This document shows, in pieces, positions 13,142 to 21,417 of a DNA stretch of 24,000 nt. A program made the position numbers and the translations under genes. Below the pieces are notes generated by a model. The model saw nothing but the letters and a program-made list of their open reading frames with translations, was not told where the DNA came from and ran no database searches. Position 1 is the stretch's first letter, and each line of letters begins with the position of its first letter. Source of the stretch: Conexibacter arvalis (GTDB lineage Bacteria; Actinomycetota; Thermoleophilia; Solirubrobacterales; Solirubrobacteraceae); contig NZ_JACHNU010000005.1 of the NCBI RefSeq assembly GCF_014199525.1, forward strand, positions 295,255 to 319,254, written 5' to 3'.

Positions 13142-14890
13142 ATGAGGATGCGCCTGTGGGTGGTGACCGCCGCGGCGGGGCTGGTGCTCGCCGACGCCTC
13201 GATCGTGACGCTGGCGCTGCCGGAGCTGCTGCGCGCGCTCGACACGACCGTCGAGGGGGTCGCGGCGGTGATCGCGATCTACACGCTCGTGCTCGCCGTC
13301 GCGCTGCTGCCCGCCGAGCGACTGATGCGGCGCGTCGGCGCGGCGCGCATCGGCGCCGTCGGCTTCCTCGTGTTCGGGCTCGCCTCGGCGCTCTGCGCCG
13401 TCGCCGACACGCTCGCGGTGCTGCTCGTCGCGCGCGCCGTGCAGGCGCTCGGCGGCGCCGCCGGCCTGGTCGCCGCCTTCACGCTGATCGACGGCGGGGC
13501 GCCGAGCGGCCGGCGCCACTGGCTCGGCGCCGCGGTGCTGTCGAGCGCGGTCGGCCCGGCGCTCGGCGGCGCGCTGACGCAGGCGTTCGACTGGCGGGCG
13601 ATCTTCGTCGTGCAGGTGCCGCTGGCGGCGGTCGCGGCGCTGGCCGCGCTCACCGGCCGGGAGGCGGCCGCCGAGCTGGCCGCCGCCGACGCCGCGGCCG
13701 CGGCCGGGCCGGCGGGCGGCGGGCCGTCCGCGGTGGGCGGCGCCGTGCGGGCCGGCCCGCACGGGACGCTCGTCGCCGCGCCGCAGTCCGACCCGGCGCA
13801 CGTCAGCGCGCCGATCAACCCGCTGCGGGCGCTCGCGCTCGCGCTGCTGTCGGCGGCGCTGACCGCCGTCCTCTTCCTGCTCGTCCTGCTGCTCGTCGCC
13901 GGCTGGGCGGTCTCGCCGCTGGCGGCGGCGGCGACGGTCACGATCCTGCCGCTCGCGGCGCTGGTCGGCGGCCGCGTCGAGGGGACGGCGATGCAGCGGG
14001 CGGTCGCCGGCTCGGTGCTCGTCGGCGCCGGCGTGCTGGCGCTGGCGTGGCTGCCGGACGCGAACGTCGCGTGGACGTTCGTGCCGCAGGCGCTCGCCGG
14101 GATCGGGATGGGGATGGCGCTTCCGGCCTTCGCCGGCGAGCTGATGCCGGAGCGCACGCCGCATGACGCCGCGTGGCTGCTGACGATCCGCCACGCCGGG
14201 ATCGCGGTCGTGCTGATCGCGGTCGCGCCGCTGATCGCCTCCCAGCTCGACACGACGACGCAGCGGGCCCAGGAGCGCGGCGTGGCGCTCGTGCTCGACG
14301 CGAGGCTTCCGCCGCAGGACAAGCTCCAGCTCGCGCCGGCGCTCCTCTCCGGGGTCGACGCCGAGCAGCCGCGCGCCGGGCTGGAGGAAGCGCTGGCGGA
14401 GCATCGCGGCGACTTCGACGGCGAGGAGCGAGCGGTCTACGACCAGCTTGCCGAGCGCGCCGACGAGACGGTCGTGACGGCGGTCGGCGAGGCGTTCCGC
14501 TCGGCGTTCGTGATCGCGGGTGCGCTCGCGCTCGCCGCCGCCGGGCTGCTCGCCGTCGCCGGCGCCGCGGGGGCGATGGGCGCGATCGCGCTGCTGGCGC
14601 TCGTCGTCCCGGGCGCCTACGCCGGCCTCCACGCCGCGGTCGCCCCCGAACCGGTGACGATCGCGGACCCGTGCGAGGATCGCGCGCTGCCCAGCTCGGG
14701 CGGCATCACCGGCTTCCTGCAGGATCGCGCGCTCGAGCTGGTCGACGCGGGCGCCTGCCGGCTCGGGGTCAGCCGGGAGGAGCTGGTCCTCGGCCTCGCC
14801 TCCGAGCAGGGCGCCAAGCGGTTCGAGCAGCGCCACGGCGTCGACCCGCGCTCGGTCACGAGCCTGCTCGGCGGGCTGCTGAACCCGTGA
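13142..14890 (+). CDS. MFS-like multi-pass transporter (drug:H+ antiporter-like N-half) with atypical soluble insert and Cys-containing C-terminal domain
   Basis: Track ORF 13142..14890. About 13 hydrophobic segments. The N-terminal layout (ADASIVTLALPEL...; LVARAVQALGGAAGLV; AVGPALGGALT) resembles MFS DHA-type TM1-TM6. There is an about 85-aa hydrophilic insert before the last two TMs and an about 70-aa tail (DPCEDR...GACRLGVSREELV). Confidence 0.55.
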   Translation: MRMRLWVVTAAAGLVLADASIVTLALPELLRALDTTVEGVAAVIAIYTLVLAVALLPAERLMRRVGAARIGAVGFLVFGLASALCAVADTLAVLLVARAVQALGGAAGLVAAFTLIDGGAPSGRRHWLGAAVLSSAVGPALGGALTQAFDWRAIFVVQVPLAAVAALAALTGREAAAELAAADAAAAAGPAGGGPSAVGGAVRAGPHGTLVAAPQSDPAHVSAPINPLRALALALLSAALTAVLFLLVLLLVAGWAVSPLAAAATVTILPLAALVGGRVEGTAMQRAVAGSVLVGAGVLALAWLPDANVAWTFVPQALAGIGMGMALPAFAGELMPERTPHDAAWLLTIRHAGIAVVLIAVAPLIASQLDTTTQRAQERGVALVLDARLPPQDKLQLAPALLSGVDAEQPRAGLEEALAEHRGDFDGEERAVYDQLAERADETVVTAVGEAFRSAFVIAGALALAAAGLLAVAGAAGAMGAIALLALVVPGAYAGLHAAVAPEPVTIADPCEDRALPSSGGITGFLQDRALELVDAGACRLGVSREELVLGLASEQGAKRFEQRHGVDPRSVTSLLGGLLNP

Positions 14891-14943
14891 CGGCGCCGTG
14901 AAAGCGGGCGCGTATCCGCTCGGGACCGATTAATCTGTCGCAG

Positions 14944-15804
14944 ATGCGCACGAAACCGATGCTCGTCGCGGCGGCAGCGGCGGCGGGAACGCTCCTCGCG
15001 CCATCCGCCGCGCTCGCCGCCAAGCCTCCGACCGCGAAGGCGCTCGAGCCGTTCGGGCTCACCGCCACGTGGCCGGTCAGGGGCGCGAAGGCCGAGGTCG
15101 CCGCCGGGGCCAAGCTGACGGTCTCGCTGCGGCGCGGCGCCCGAGCGCCGAAGGCCCGCCGCGCCTCCGCGCGTGTCACGCTGTTGCGGCTCGCCGGCGC
15201 CGGCGCTCCGGCGCGGACGGTCACCACGAGGCCCCTGAGGGGCGGGACCGGACGGGTCACCGTGAGGCTCCCGGCCGCCAAGGGCGTCAGCTACGCGCTG
15301 CGCCTGAAGGTTCGCGGCAAGCTGTTCGCCAGCCGGCTGAACGTGCCCGCGGCGCGGCCGGTGACGCCGGAGCCGTCGCCGGCCCCGCCGGCGCCCGATC
15401 CGGCGCCGGCGCCCGAACCGGCGCCGCCGTTCACGCCGGTCATCAAGCCGCCGGCCTGCCCGTCCGGAACGGCCGAGGTGACGCACCACCTGTGGAGCGA
15501 CGTGATCGTCGAGACCTCGGCCGACCTGACGCTGCGCAACAGCGGAACGGGCTGCCTGCGCTACACGTGGAGCTTCACGATCGAGCGCAAGCAGGAGGAC
15601 GGCAGCTGGACGGAGGTGCCGAGCGGCGTCGGCTTCCTCGCCGTCGTCAGACTGCTGCAGCCGGGCGAGACGGTCAGGTACGACTGGAAGGTGCCGGACG
15701 AAACGCCGCCCGGTCGCTACCGGCTCGTCCCCAATCGCTTCCATCCCGCCGACGACGGCGCGCCGATCGCCGCCGCGCCGCGGGAGTTCACCGTCACGCA
15801 CTGA
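14944..15804 (+). CDS. Secreted hypothetical protein: two beta-rich modules joined by a Pro/Ala/Glu linker
   Basis: Track ORF 14944..15804. Signal peptide (MLVAAAAAAGTLLAPSAALA|AKPP). Linker PVTPEPSPAPPAPDPAPAPEPAPP. The C-module has alternating beta-strand pattern and a Cys pair (ACPSG...GTGCLRYTW...LQPGETVRYDWKVPDETPPGRYRLV), reminiscent of Ig-like/BsuPI/CARDB-type sandwiches (weak, by eye). Confidence 0.5.
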   Translation: MRTKPMLVAAAAAAGTLLAPSAALAAKPPTAKALEPFGLTATWPVRGAKAEVAAGAKLTVSLRRGARAPKARRASARVTLLRLAGAGAPARTVTTRPLRGGTGRVTVRLPAAKGVSYALRLKVRGKLFASRLNVPAARPVTPEPSPAPPAPDPAPAPEPAPPFTPVIKPPACPSGTAEVTHHLWSDVIVETSADLTLRNSGTGCLRYTWSFTIERKQEDGSWTEVPSGVGFLAVVRLLQPGETVRYDWKVPDETPPGRYRLVPNRFHPADDGAPIAAAPREFTVTH

Positions 15805-15816
15805 CGACCGAGGAGC

Positions 15817-15848
15817 CGGGGGAGCCGGCGGCGACGCCGACTCCCCCG
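15817..15848 (+). terminator. Stem-loop CGGGGGAG-N16-CTCCCCCG, 13 nt after the stop at 15804
   Basis: 8-bp perfect stem read directly (15817..15824 pairs with 15841..15848). The loop is large and there is no U-tract, so this is low confidence. Confidence 0.25.
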
Positions 15849-15871
15849 AGTAGTACGCTGCCGGGCCGCCC

Positions 15872-16843
15872 GTGAGCGTGTCCGTCCAACTCGGCCTGCT
15901 GCTCTCCCTCGCGACGGCGCTCGCGAGCGTCGTCGGCTTCCTCTACAAGCACCGCGGCGCCCAGCTAGCGCCGGAGGTCGACTGGAAGCGGCCGCTGCGC
16001 AGCACCTTCGTGCTGTTCCGCTCCGGCTGGTACACGCTCGGGGTCGTCGTCGCGCTCGGCGGCTGGTTCTTCCACGTCGGCGCGCTGGCGCTCGCGCCGA
16101 TCTCGCTCGTGCAGTCGGTGATCGCCGGCGGCCTCGTGCTGCTGACCGTGATCGCCGACAAGCTGTTCGGCCATCGCGTGACGCGGCGCGAGTGGATCGG
16201 CGTCGCGCTGACCGCCGCCGGCCTCGCCTTCCTCGCGGCGACGATGGAGGGCGGCGCGAAGGAGGCTCACGGCGAGTATCAGACCGGGACGCTGCTGCTC
16301 TACGTCGGCCTGCTGTCGCTCGGCGGGACCGTCGCGGCGGTCGCGGCCGGCTGGGGCGGGGAGCTGGGCGGCCGCCTGTCGGTGACGCGGCGCGCGAGCG
16401 GCTACGCGCTGTCGGCCGGCCTGCTGTGGGCGGCCTCGGACGTCTCGATCAAGGCGGTCAGCGGCCATCTGGAGGACGACGGGCTGCTGCTGACCGTCCT
16501 CAACCCGCTGTCGCTGGTGATCCTGGTCGCCTCGCTCGCCGGGCTGCTGGTCTCGGCGAAGTCGCTCCAGCTCGGCGACGCCGTCCCCGTGATCGCCGTC
16601 ACGAGTGCCGCCGCGAACCTCACGACGATCGCCTCCGGGCCGCTCGTCTTCGGCGAGCCGATGCCGTCCGACCCGTTCGCGCTCGCGCTGCGGCTGCTGG
16701 CCTTCGGGCTCGTGATCGCGGCCGCCGCGATGACGCCTCCGCCGGCGCCGGCCGACCCCGTCGCGCCGCCGCCCGAGCCCCCGGCGCCGCCGCTGGCCGG
16801 CGCCGATGCCGCAGCAGCGGCGGAGGCGCCTGCCCGGGGCTAG
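15872..16843 (+). CDS. Polytopic membrane protein, DMT-superfamily (EamA/NIPA-like) by topology, with Pro-rich C-tail
   Basis: Track ORF 15872..16843 (GTG start). About 9-10 TM segments in two similar halves and a Pro/Ala tail (PPPAPADPVAPPPEPPAPP). The family call is from topology and general resemblance only. Confidence 0.45.
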   Translation: MSVSVQLGLLLSLATALASVVGFLYKHRGAQLAPEVDWKRPLRSTFVLFRSGWYTLGVVVALGGWFFHVGALALAPISLVQSVIAGGLVLLTVIADKLFGHRVTRREWIGVALTAAGLAFLAATMEGGAKEAHGEYQTGTLLLYVGLLSLGGTVAAVAAGWGGELGGRLSVTRRASGYALSAGLLWAASDVSIKAVSGHLEDDGLLLTVLNPLSLVILVASLAGLLVSAKSLQLGDAVPVIAVTSAAANLTTIASGPLVFGEPMPSDPFALALRLLAFGLVIAAAAMTPPPAPADPVAPPPEPPAPPLAGADAAAAAEAPARG

Positions 16844-16866
16844 CATCCGGCTGGGGAACATTCGAG

Positions 16867-18780
16867 ATGGCCCGCCGCCGACTCCAAGGCCTCGAGCGCG
16901 TGCTCGGGGTGAACGCGCTCTTCTCGACCGCCTACGGCAACGTCGGCTCGTCGATCTACTACGCCCTCGGCCTCGTCGCCTCGTTCGCGCTGGGCCTGAC
17001 GCCGGTCGTCTTCGTGATCGCCGGCGTGATCTTCTTCCTGACCGCCTCGACCTACGCCGAGGCGACCGCGATGTACCCGGAGGCCGGCGGCTCCTCCAGC
17101 TTCGCCCGTCGCGCCTTCAACGAGTTCTGGTCGTTCTTCGCCGCCTGGGGCCAGATGCTCAACTACACGATCACGATCTCGATCTCGGCGTTCTTCGTGC
17201 CGCACTACATCGGGTCGCTGTTCTGGGAGCCCCTGCGCCACGCGCCCGGCGACATCATCGGCGGCATCGTCTGCGTCGCGCTGCTGGCGGCGCTGAACGT
17301 CTTCGGCGCCAAGGAGACGGCCGGCCTGAACATCACGCTCGCGGTCGTCGACTTCGCCACGCAGCTGCTGCTCGTCGGGCTCGGGCTGGTGCTGATCTTC
17401 TCGCCCGAGACGCTGATCGACAACGTGCAGTGGGGCGTCGCGCCGACGTGGTCGAACTTCATCGTCGCGATCCCGGTCGCGATGATCGCCTACACCGGCA
17501 TCGAGACGATCTCGAACATGGCCGAGGAGGCGAAGGACGAGACGAGATCGATCCCGAAGGCGATCAACCGCGTCGTGATCGCCGTCTTCGCGATCTACGC
17601 GCTGCTGCCGGCCGTCGCCCTCTCGGCGCTGCCGGTCAGCTGCGAGGGCGGCGAGTGCAAGACGCTGCTCGGCCTGCCCGAGGACCAAGGCGGCTTCGCC
17701 GGCGACCCGGTGCTCGGGATCGTCGAGCACATGGACCTCGGCCCGCTCCAGCACGCCGGCGAGGTCTACGTCGGCCTGCTGGCGGCGACGATCCTCTTCC
17801 TCGCCACCAACGCCGGCATCATCGGCGTCTCGCGCCTGACCTACTCGATGGGCATCCACCGCCAGATGCCCGACAGGCTCCGCCAGCTGCACCCGCGGTT
17901 CCGCACGCCGTGGGTCGGGATCATCGTCTTCTCGGTGCTCGCCTGCCTGGCGATGATCCCCGGGCAGGCCGCCTTCCTCGGCAACCTCTACGCCTTCGGC
18001 GCGATGCTGTCGTTCACGATCGCGCACGCGGCGGTGGTGCGCCTGCGGCTCAAGCACCCCGACGCGAGACGGCCCTACCGGGGCCCGTTCAACCTCAGAT
18101 GGCGCGGCCGCGACCTGCCGCTGTTCGCGATCGTCGGCGGGATCTGCACCGGCCTCGCGTGGGTGGTCGTGACGGTCCTCTACCTCGACGTCGCGATCAC
18201 CGGCCTGTCGTGGCTGGCGATCGGCGTCGTCGTCTTCGTCGTCTTCCGCCGCCGCCAGGGGCTCGACCTGACGACGACGACCCGCGTCGCCGTCCCCAAG
18301 CCGGTGATCGACCACGAGGCCGAGTACGAGTCGGTGCTGGTCGCCTTCGACGAGCGTGAGTACGTCTCCGACGTGCTGCGCACCGCGATCAAGCTGGCGG
18401 CCCGCAGACATCGCGGCATCCACGTGCTCGTGACGATCACCGTGCCGCCGACCAGCCCGATCAGCGCCGCGATGCCCGAGCAGGAGCTGGCGGCGCAGGC
18501 GCTGATCGAGCAGGCGAAGGTCGAGGGCGGCCGGCGCGTCACCGGGCACTGGGAGAAGGTCCGGCCGGGCCAGGCCGGCCGCCGGATCGTCGACGAGGCG
18601 AAGGAGATCCAGGCGCGCGCGATCGTGATGCCGCTCCCGGTCCGCGCCGGCGGCGGGTCGATCTTCGGCCGCACGCTGGAGACGGTCCTGGCCGAGCGGC
18701 CCTGCCGCGTCATCATCGAGTCCGGTCGCGGCAGACGCCGCGAGGCGACCCGCAGAGCCGCGACGGAGGAGGTCGTCTGA
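16867..18780 (+). CDS. APC-superfamily permease fused to a C-terminal universal-stress-protein (Usp)-like domain, paralog 1
   Basis: In frame with track ORF 16192..18780, ATG 16867. VNALFSTAYGNVGSSIYYALG, YAEATAMYPEAGGSSSFARRAFNEFWSFFAAWGQMLNY and FTGIETISNMAEEAKD are typical APC (AA_permease_2-like) TM1/TM3/TM6 signatures. The C-terminal about 150 aa (YESVLVAFDEREYV...ARAIVMPLP...RPCRVIIE) has the Usp alpha/beta pattern. Confidence 0.85.
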   Translation: MARRRLQGLERVLGVNALFSTAYGNVGSSIYYALGLVASFALGLTPVVFVIAGVIFFLTASTYAEATAMYPEAGGSSSFARRAFNEFWSFFAAWGQMLNYTITISISAFFVPHYIGSLFWEPLRHAPGDIIGGIVCVALLAALNVFGAKETAGLNITLAVVDFATQLLLVGLGLVLIFSPETLIDNVQWGVAPTWSNFIVAIPVAMIAYTGIETISNMAEEAKDETRSIPKAINRVVIAVFAIYALLPAVALSALPVSCEGGECKTLLGLPEDQGGFAGDPVLGIVEHMDLGPLQHAGEVYVGLLAATILFLATNAGIIGVSRLTYSMGIHRQMPDRLRQLHPRFRTPWVGIIVFSVLACLAMIPGQAAFLGNLYAFGAMLSFTIAHAAVVRLRLKHPDARRPYRGPFNLRWRGRDLPLFAIVGGICTGLAWVVVTVLYLDVAITGLSWLAIGVVVFVVFRRRQGLDLTTTTRVAVPKPVIDHEAEYESVLVAFDEREYVSDVLRTAIKLAARRHRGIHVLVTITVPPTSPISAAMPEQELAAQALIEQAKVEGGRRVTGHWEKVRPGQAGRRIVDEAKEIQARAIVMPLPVRAGGGSIFGRTLETVLAERPCRVIIESGRGRRREATRRAATEEVV

Positions 18781-18974
18781 TGCCAGCGCCGAGAGAGATC
18801 CACGCGACGACGACCCGCCTGATGTCGGCGATCATGGTCGTGATCGGCGTCGCGCTGCTGGTGCGGACGCTCGCCGCCGGCGGCGGCCCGCTCGCGCTCG
18901 GCGTGCTGCTGGGGATCCTGTTCGTCGCCGCCGGGACCGGGCGGATCCTGCTGCTGCGCAGGAGCGGGCGCTGA
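18780..18974 (+). CDS. 64-aa two-TM membrane peptide between the two permease genes
   Basis: Track ORF 18780..18974. ATG overlaps the upstream stop (TGATG) with GGAGGAGG 8 nt upstream, and its own stop overlaps the next ATG (TGATG). There are two hydrophobic helices (LMSAIMVVIGVALLVRTLAAG; LALGVLLGILFVAAGTGRILLL) and a basic C-terminus. Confidence 0.5.
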   Translation: MPAPREIHATTTRLMSAIMVVIGVALLVRTLAAGGGPLALGVLLGILFVAAGTGRILLLRRSGR

Positions 18975-20959
18975 TGCGCCAGCCGCCCTCGCGCACGCTG
19001 AGCGCCCGCGCGCTGTTCGCGCTCGTCTACACGACCTCGGTCAGCTCGGTCTACTTCGCGCTGGGCGTCGTCGCCCACAGAGCGCTCGGCCTGACGCCGG
19101 TCGTCTTCCTCGTCGCCGGCCTCTTCTTCGCGCTCTCGTCGATGACCTACGTCGAGGGCGCGGCGCTCCACCGCGAGCGCGGCGGCTCGTCGGTCTTCGC
19201 CCGCTACGCCTTCAACGAGCTGGTCAGCTTCGTCGCCGGCTGGGCGATCCTGCTCGACTACGCGATCCTCGTCGCGGTCACCGCCTTCACGACGACCAAC
19301 TACCTGGCGCAGTTCTGGTCGCCGCTGGGCACGGGGCTGCCGGAGGTCCTCGTCGCGATCGGCGTGATCGGCGCGGTCGCGGCCTGGAACGTGATCGGCC
19401 TGACGGTCCGCCAGCTGCAGCGCCAGATCGTGATCGCCGGCGCCGACCTCGTTGTGCAGCTGCTGGTGATCGTGCTCGGCCTGATCCTCGTCTTCGACCC
19501 GGGCGCGGCGCTCGACACGATCGAGCTCGGCTCGCAGCCGGCGTGGGACGACGTGATCTTCGCGCTGACGATCGCGACGATCGCCTTCACCGGCCTGGAG
19601 GCGGCGGCGAGCCTCGCCGGCGAGGCGACGGCGTCGCGGCGCGAGCTGAAGCGGCTGGCCGGCCCCGGCGTCGGCTCGATCGTGCTCGTCTACGTCGGGA
19701 TCGCGGTCGTCGCCGTCAGCGCGCTGCCGGTCGGCGACGGCGCCTTCAGCAGAGAGGACATCGAGGCGCCCCTGCTCGGCGTCGCGGCCGCCTTCGACCC
19801 GGCGTGGCTCGCCGACGCGCTGCGGCCGATCGTCGCGCTCGCGGCCGTCACCGCGCTGGTCGCCGCCTGCAACGGCGCGATGCTCGGCACCTCGCGGCTC
19901 TCCTACGCGCTGGCGACCAACCGCCAGATCCCGGCCGCGCTCGGGCGCCTCCACCCGAGACGCGGCACGCCGTACGTGCTGATCGCGTGCGCCGCGGTCG
20001 TCGCCTCGGCGCTCGTGATCCCGGCCGACCTCGAGTTCCTCGTCGGCATCTACGCGGTCGGCGCGCTGCTCGCCTTCACGATCGCCCACCTGGCGATCGT
20101 CGTGCTGCGCTTCAGAGAGCCCGACCGCCCGCGCGCCTATCGGGTCCCGTTCAACGTCACCGTCAAGGGCCGCCCGGTGCCGCTGCCGGCGGTCGTCGGC
20201 GCGCTGCTGTCGGCGCTCGGCTGGATCAGCGTGCTCGTGCTCCACACCGGCGCGCGCTGGGTCGGCCTCGCGTGGCTGCTCGGCGGCGTCGCGCTGTACG
20301 TCGTCTACCGCCGGATCGACGGCAACCCGCTGCTGAAGCGCGTGATGGTGCCGGAGAGCGCGCTGATGCACGAGCCCGACGACGTCGAGTTCGGCTCGAT
20401 CCTCGTGCCGGTCTTCGGCCAGCCGCTCGACGACGACATCGTCCAGACGGCCGGGCGGCTCGCCGGCACCGTGCGCGACGACCTCGACGAGGAGGGCGCG
20501 ACGATCGAGGCGATCTGGGTCTTCGAGGTGCCGATGGCGCTGCCGATCGACGCCCGCCTGCCCGAGGCCCAGGTGAGACGCGCGCAGGAGGCGCTGCGGC
20601 GCGCGAAGGCGATCGGGGAGGAGTACGAGGGGGTCCAGGTCCAGACGGCGATGATACGAGCGCGCCGCGCCGGCCACGGGATCGTCAGCGAGGCGAAGCG
20701 GCGCGGGGTGGAGGCGATCGTGCTCGCCGCCGAGGAGCCCTCGCGCGTGCGCGGCGGGGCGCTGCTGGGCGGCTCCGGCGGCCCGCTCGAGAACTACGTC
20801 GGGGAGGCGACGAAGTACGTGCTGCGCAAGGCGACCTGCCGCGTGATCCTGACCGCGCCGGCCGCCGACACGACCGACCGCTGGGCGAGAAGGGCGGCGC
20901 CCGCGGCGCCCGCCGCGGAGGGCGGTTCGGCGGATCGGCCGGAGCAGCCCTCGCGCTAA
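18974..20959 (+). CDS. APC-superfamily permease fused to a C-terminal Usp-like domain, paralog 2
   Basis: Track ORF 18974..20959. Collinear with paralog 1 (LGLTPVVF, GGSS.FAR.AFNE, FTGLEAAASLAGEA), about half the residues identical by eye. Usp-like C-terminus (FGSILVPVFGQPLDDDIV...VEAIVLAAEEPS...GGSGGPLENYVGEATKYVLRKATCRVIL). Confidence 0.85.
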   Translation: MRQPPSRTLSARALFALVYTTSVSSVYFALGVVAHRALGLTPVVFLVAGLFFALSSMTYVEGAALHRERGGSSVFARYAFNELVSFVAGWAILLDYAILVAVTAFTTTNYLAQFWSPLGTGLPEVLVAIGVIGAVAAWNVIGLTVRQLQRQIVIAGADLVVQLLVIVLGLILVFDPGAALDTIELGSQPAWDDVIFALTIATIAFTGLEAAASLAGEATASRRELKRLAGPGVGSIVLVYVGIAVVAVSALPVGDGAFSREDIEAPLLGVAAAFDPAWLADALRPIVALAAVTALVAACNGAMLGTSRLSYALATNRQIPAALGRLHPRRGTPYVLIACAAVVASALVIPADLEFLVGIYAVGALLAFTIAHLAIVVLRFREPDRPRAYRVPFNVTVKGRPVPLPAVVGALLSALGWISVLVLHTGARWVGLAWLLGGVALYVVYRRIDGNPLLKRVMVPESALMHEPDDVEFGSILVPVFGQPLDDDIVQTAGRLAGTVRDDLDEEGATIEAIWVFEVPMALPIDARLPEAQVRRAQEALRRAKAIGEEYEGVQVQTAMIRARRAGHGIVSEAKRRGVEAIVLAAEEPSRVRGGALLGGSGGPLENYVGEATKYVLRKATCRVILTAPAADTTDRWARRAAPAAPAAEGGSADRPEQPSR

Positions 20960-20969
20960 GGTTCCGGCA

Positions 20970-21398
20970 ATGCTGATCCTGATCGTCGGTGCGGGGCGCG
21001 TCGGCTCCGCCGTCGCCAAGCAGGCGCTGGAGGCCGGACACGACGTCTCGGTCCTCGACCAGGACCCGTTGTCGCACGAGCAGCTCGACAAGGACCTCGT
21101 CGACACCTGGGAGGACGCCGGCGGCCGCTTCACCGTCGGGACGGCGCTGGAGGTCGACGCGCTGGTCGAGGCCGGCATCGAGCACGCCGACGTCTTCATC
21201 GCCTCCACGCGCGGCGACAACACCAACCTTGTCGTCGCGCAGATCGCCCAGAAGCGCTTCCAGGTGCCGCGCGTCGTCGTGCGCGTCGCCGACCCGGCGC
21301 GCGCAGCCTGGTACGCCGAGCAGGGTCTGCAGACGATCTGCCCGACCCAGCACGCGATCGATCTCGTGAAGGAGGCGGCTCTTGCCCCGATGGCCTGA
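20970..21398 (+). CDS. trkA: TrkA-N (RCK N-lobe, NAD-binding) protein lacking a TrkA-C domain
   Basis: Track ORF 20970..21398. MLILIVGAGRVGSAVAKQALEAGHDVSVLDQD (GxGxxG followed by an acidic residue), DVFIASTRGDNTNLVVAQIA. At 142 aa it is too short to hold the C-lobe. Confidence 0.85.
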   Translation: MLILIVGAGRVGSAVAKQALEAGHDVSVLDQDPLSHEQLDKDLVDTWEDAGGRFTVGTALEVDALVEAGIEHADVFIASTRGDNTNLVVAQIAQKRFQVPRVVVRVADPARAAWYAEQGLQTICPTQHAIDLVKEAALAPMA

Positions 21399-21417
21399 GC
21401 ACGGACGCGACGAGCCG

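Noticed and set aside
10298-14836. 1512-aa minus-strand ORF spanning hppA and the MFS gene
   Set aside because: Its translation is Arg/Asp/Gly/Pro-rich low complexity (RRRR, DRDR runs) with no motifs. It is antisense to hppA, which has unmistakable M-PPase motifs. Long stop-free antisense frames are expected at this GC content.
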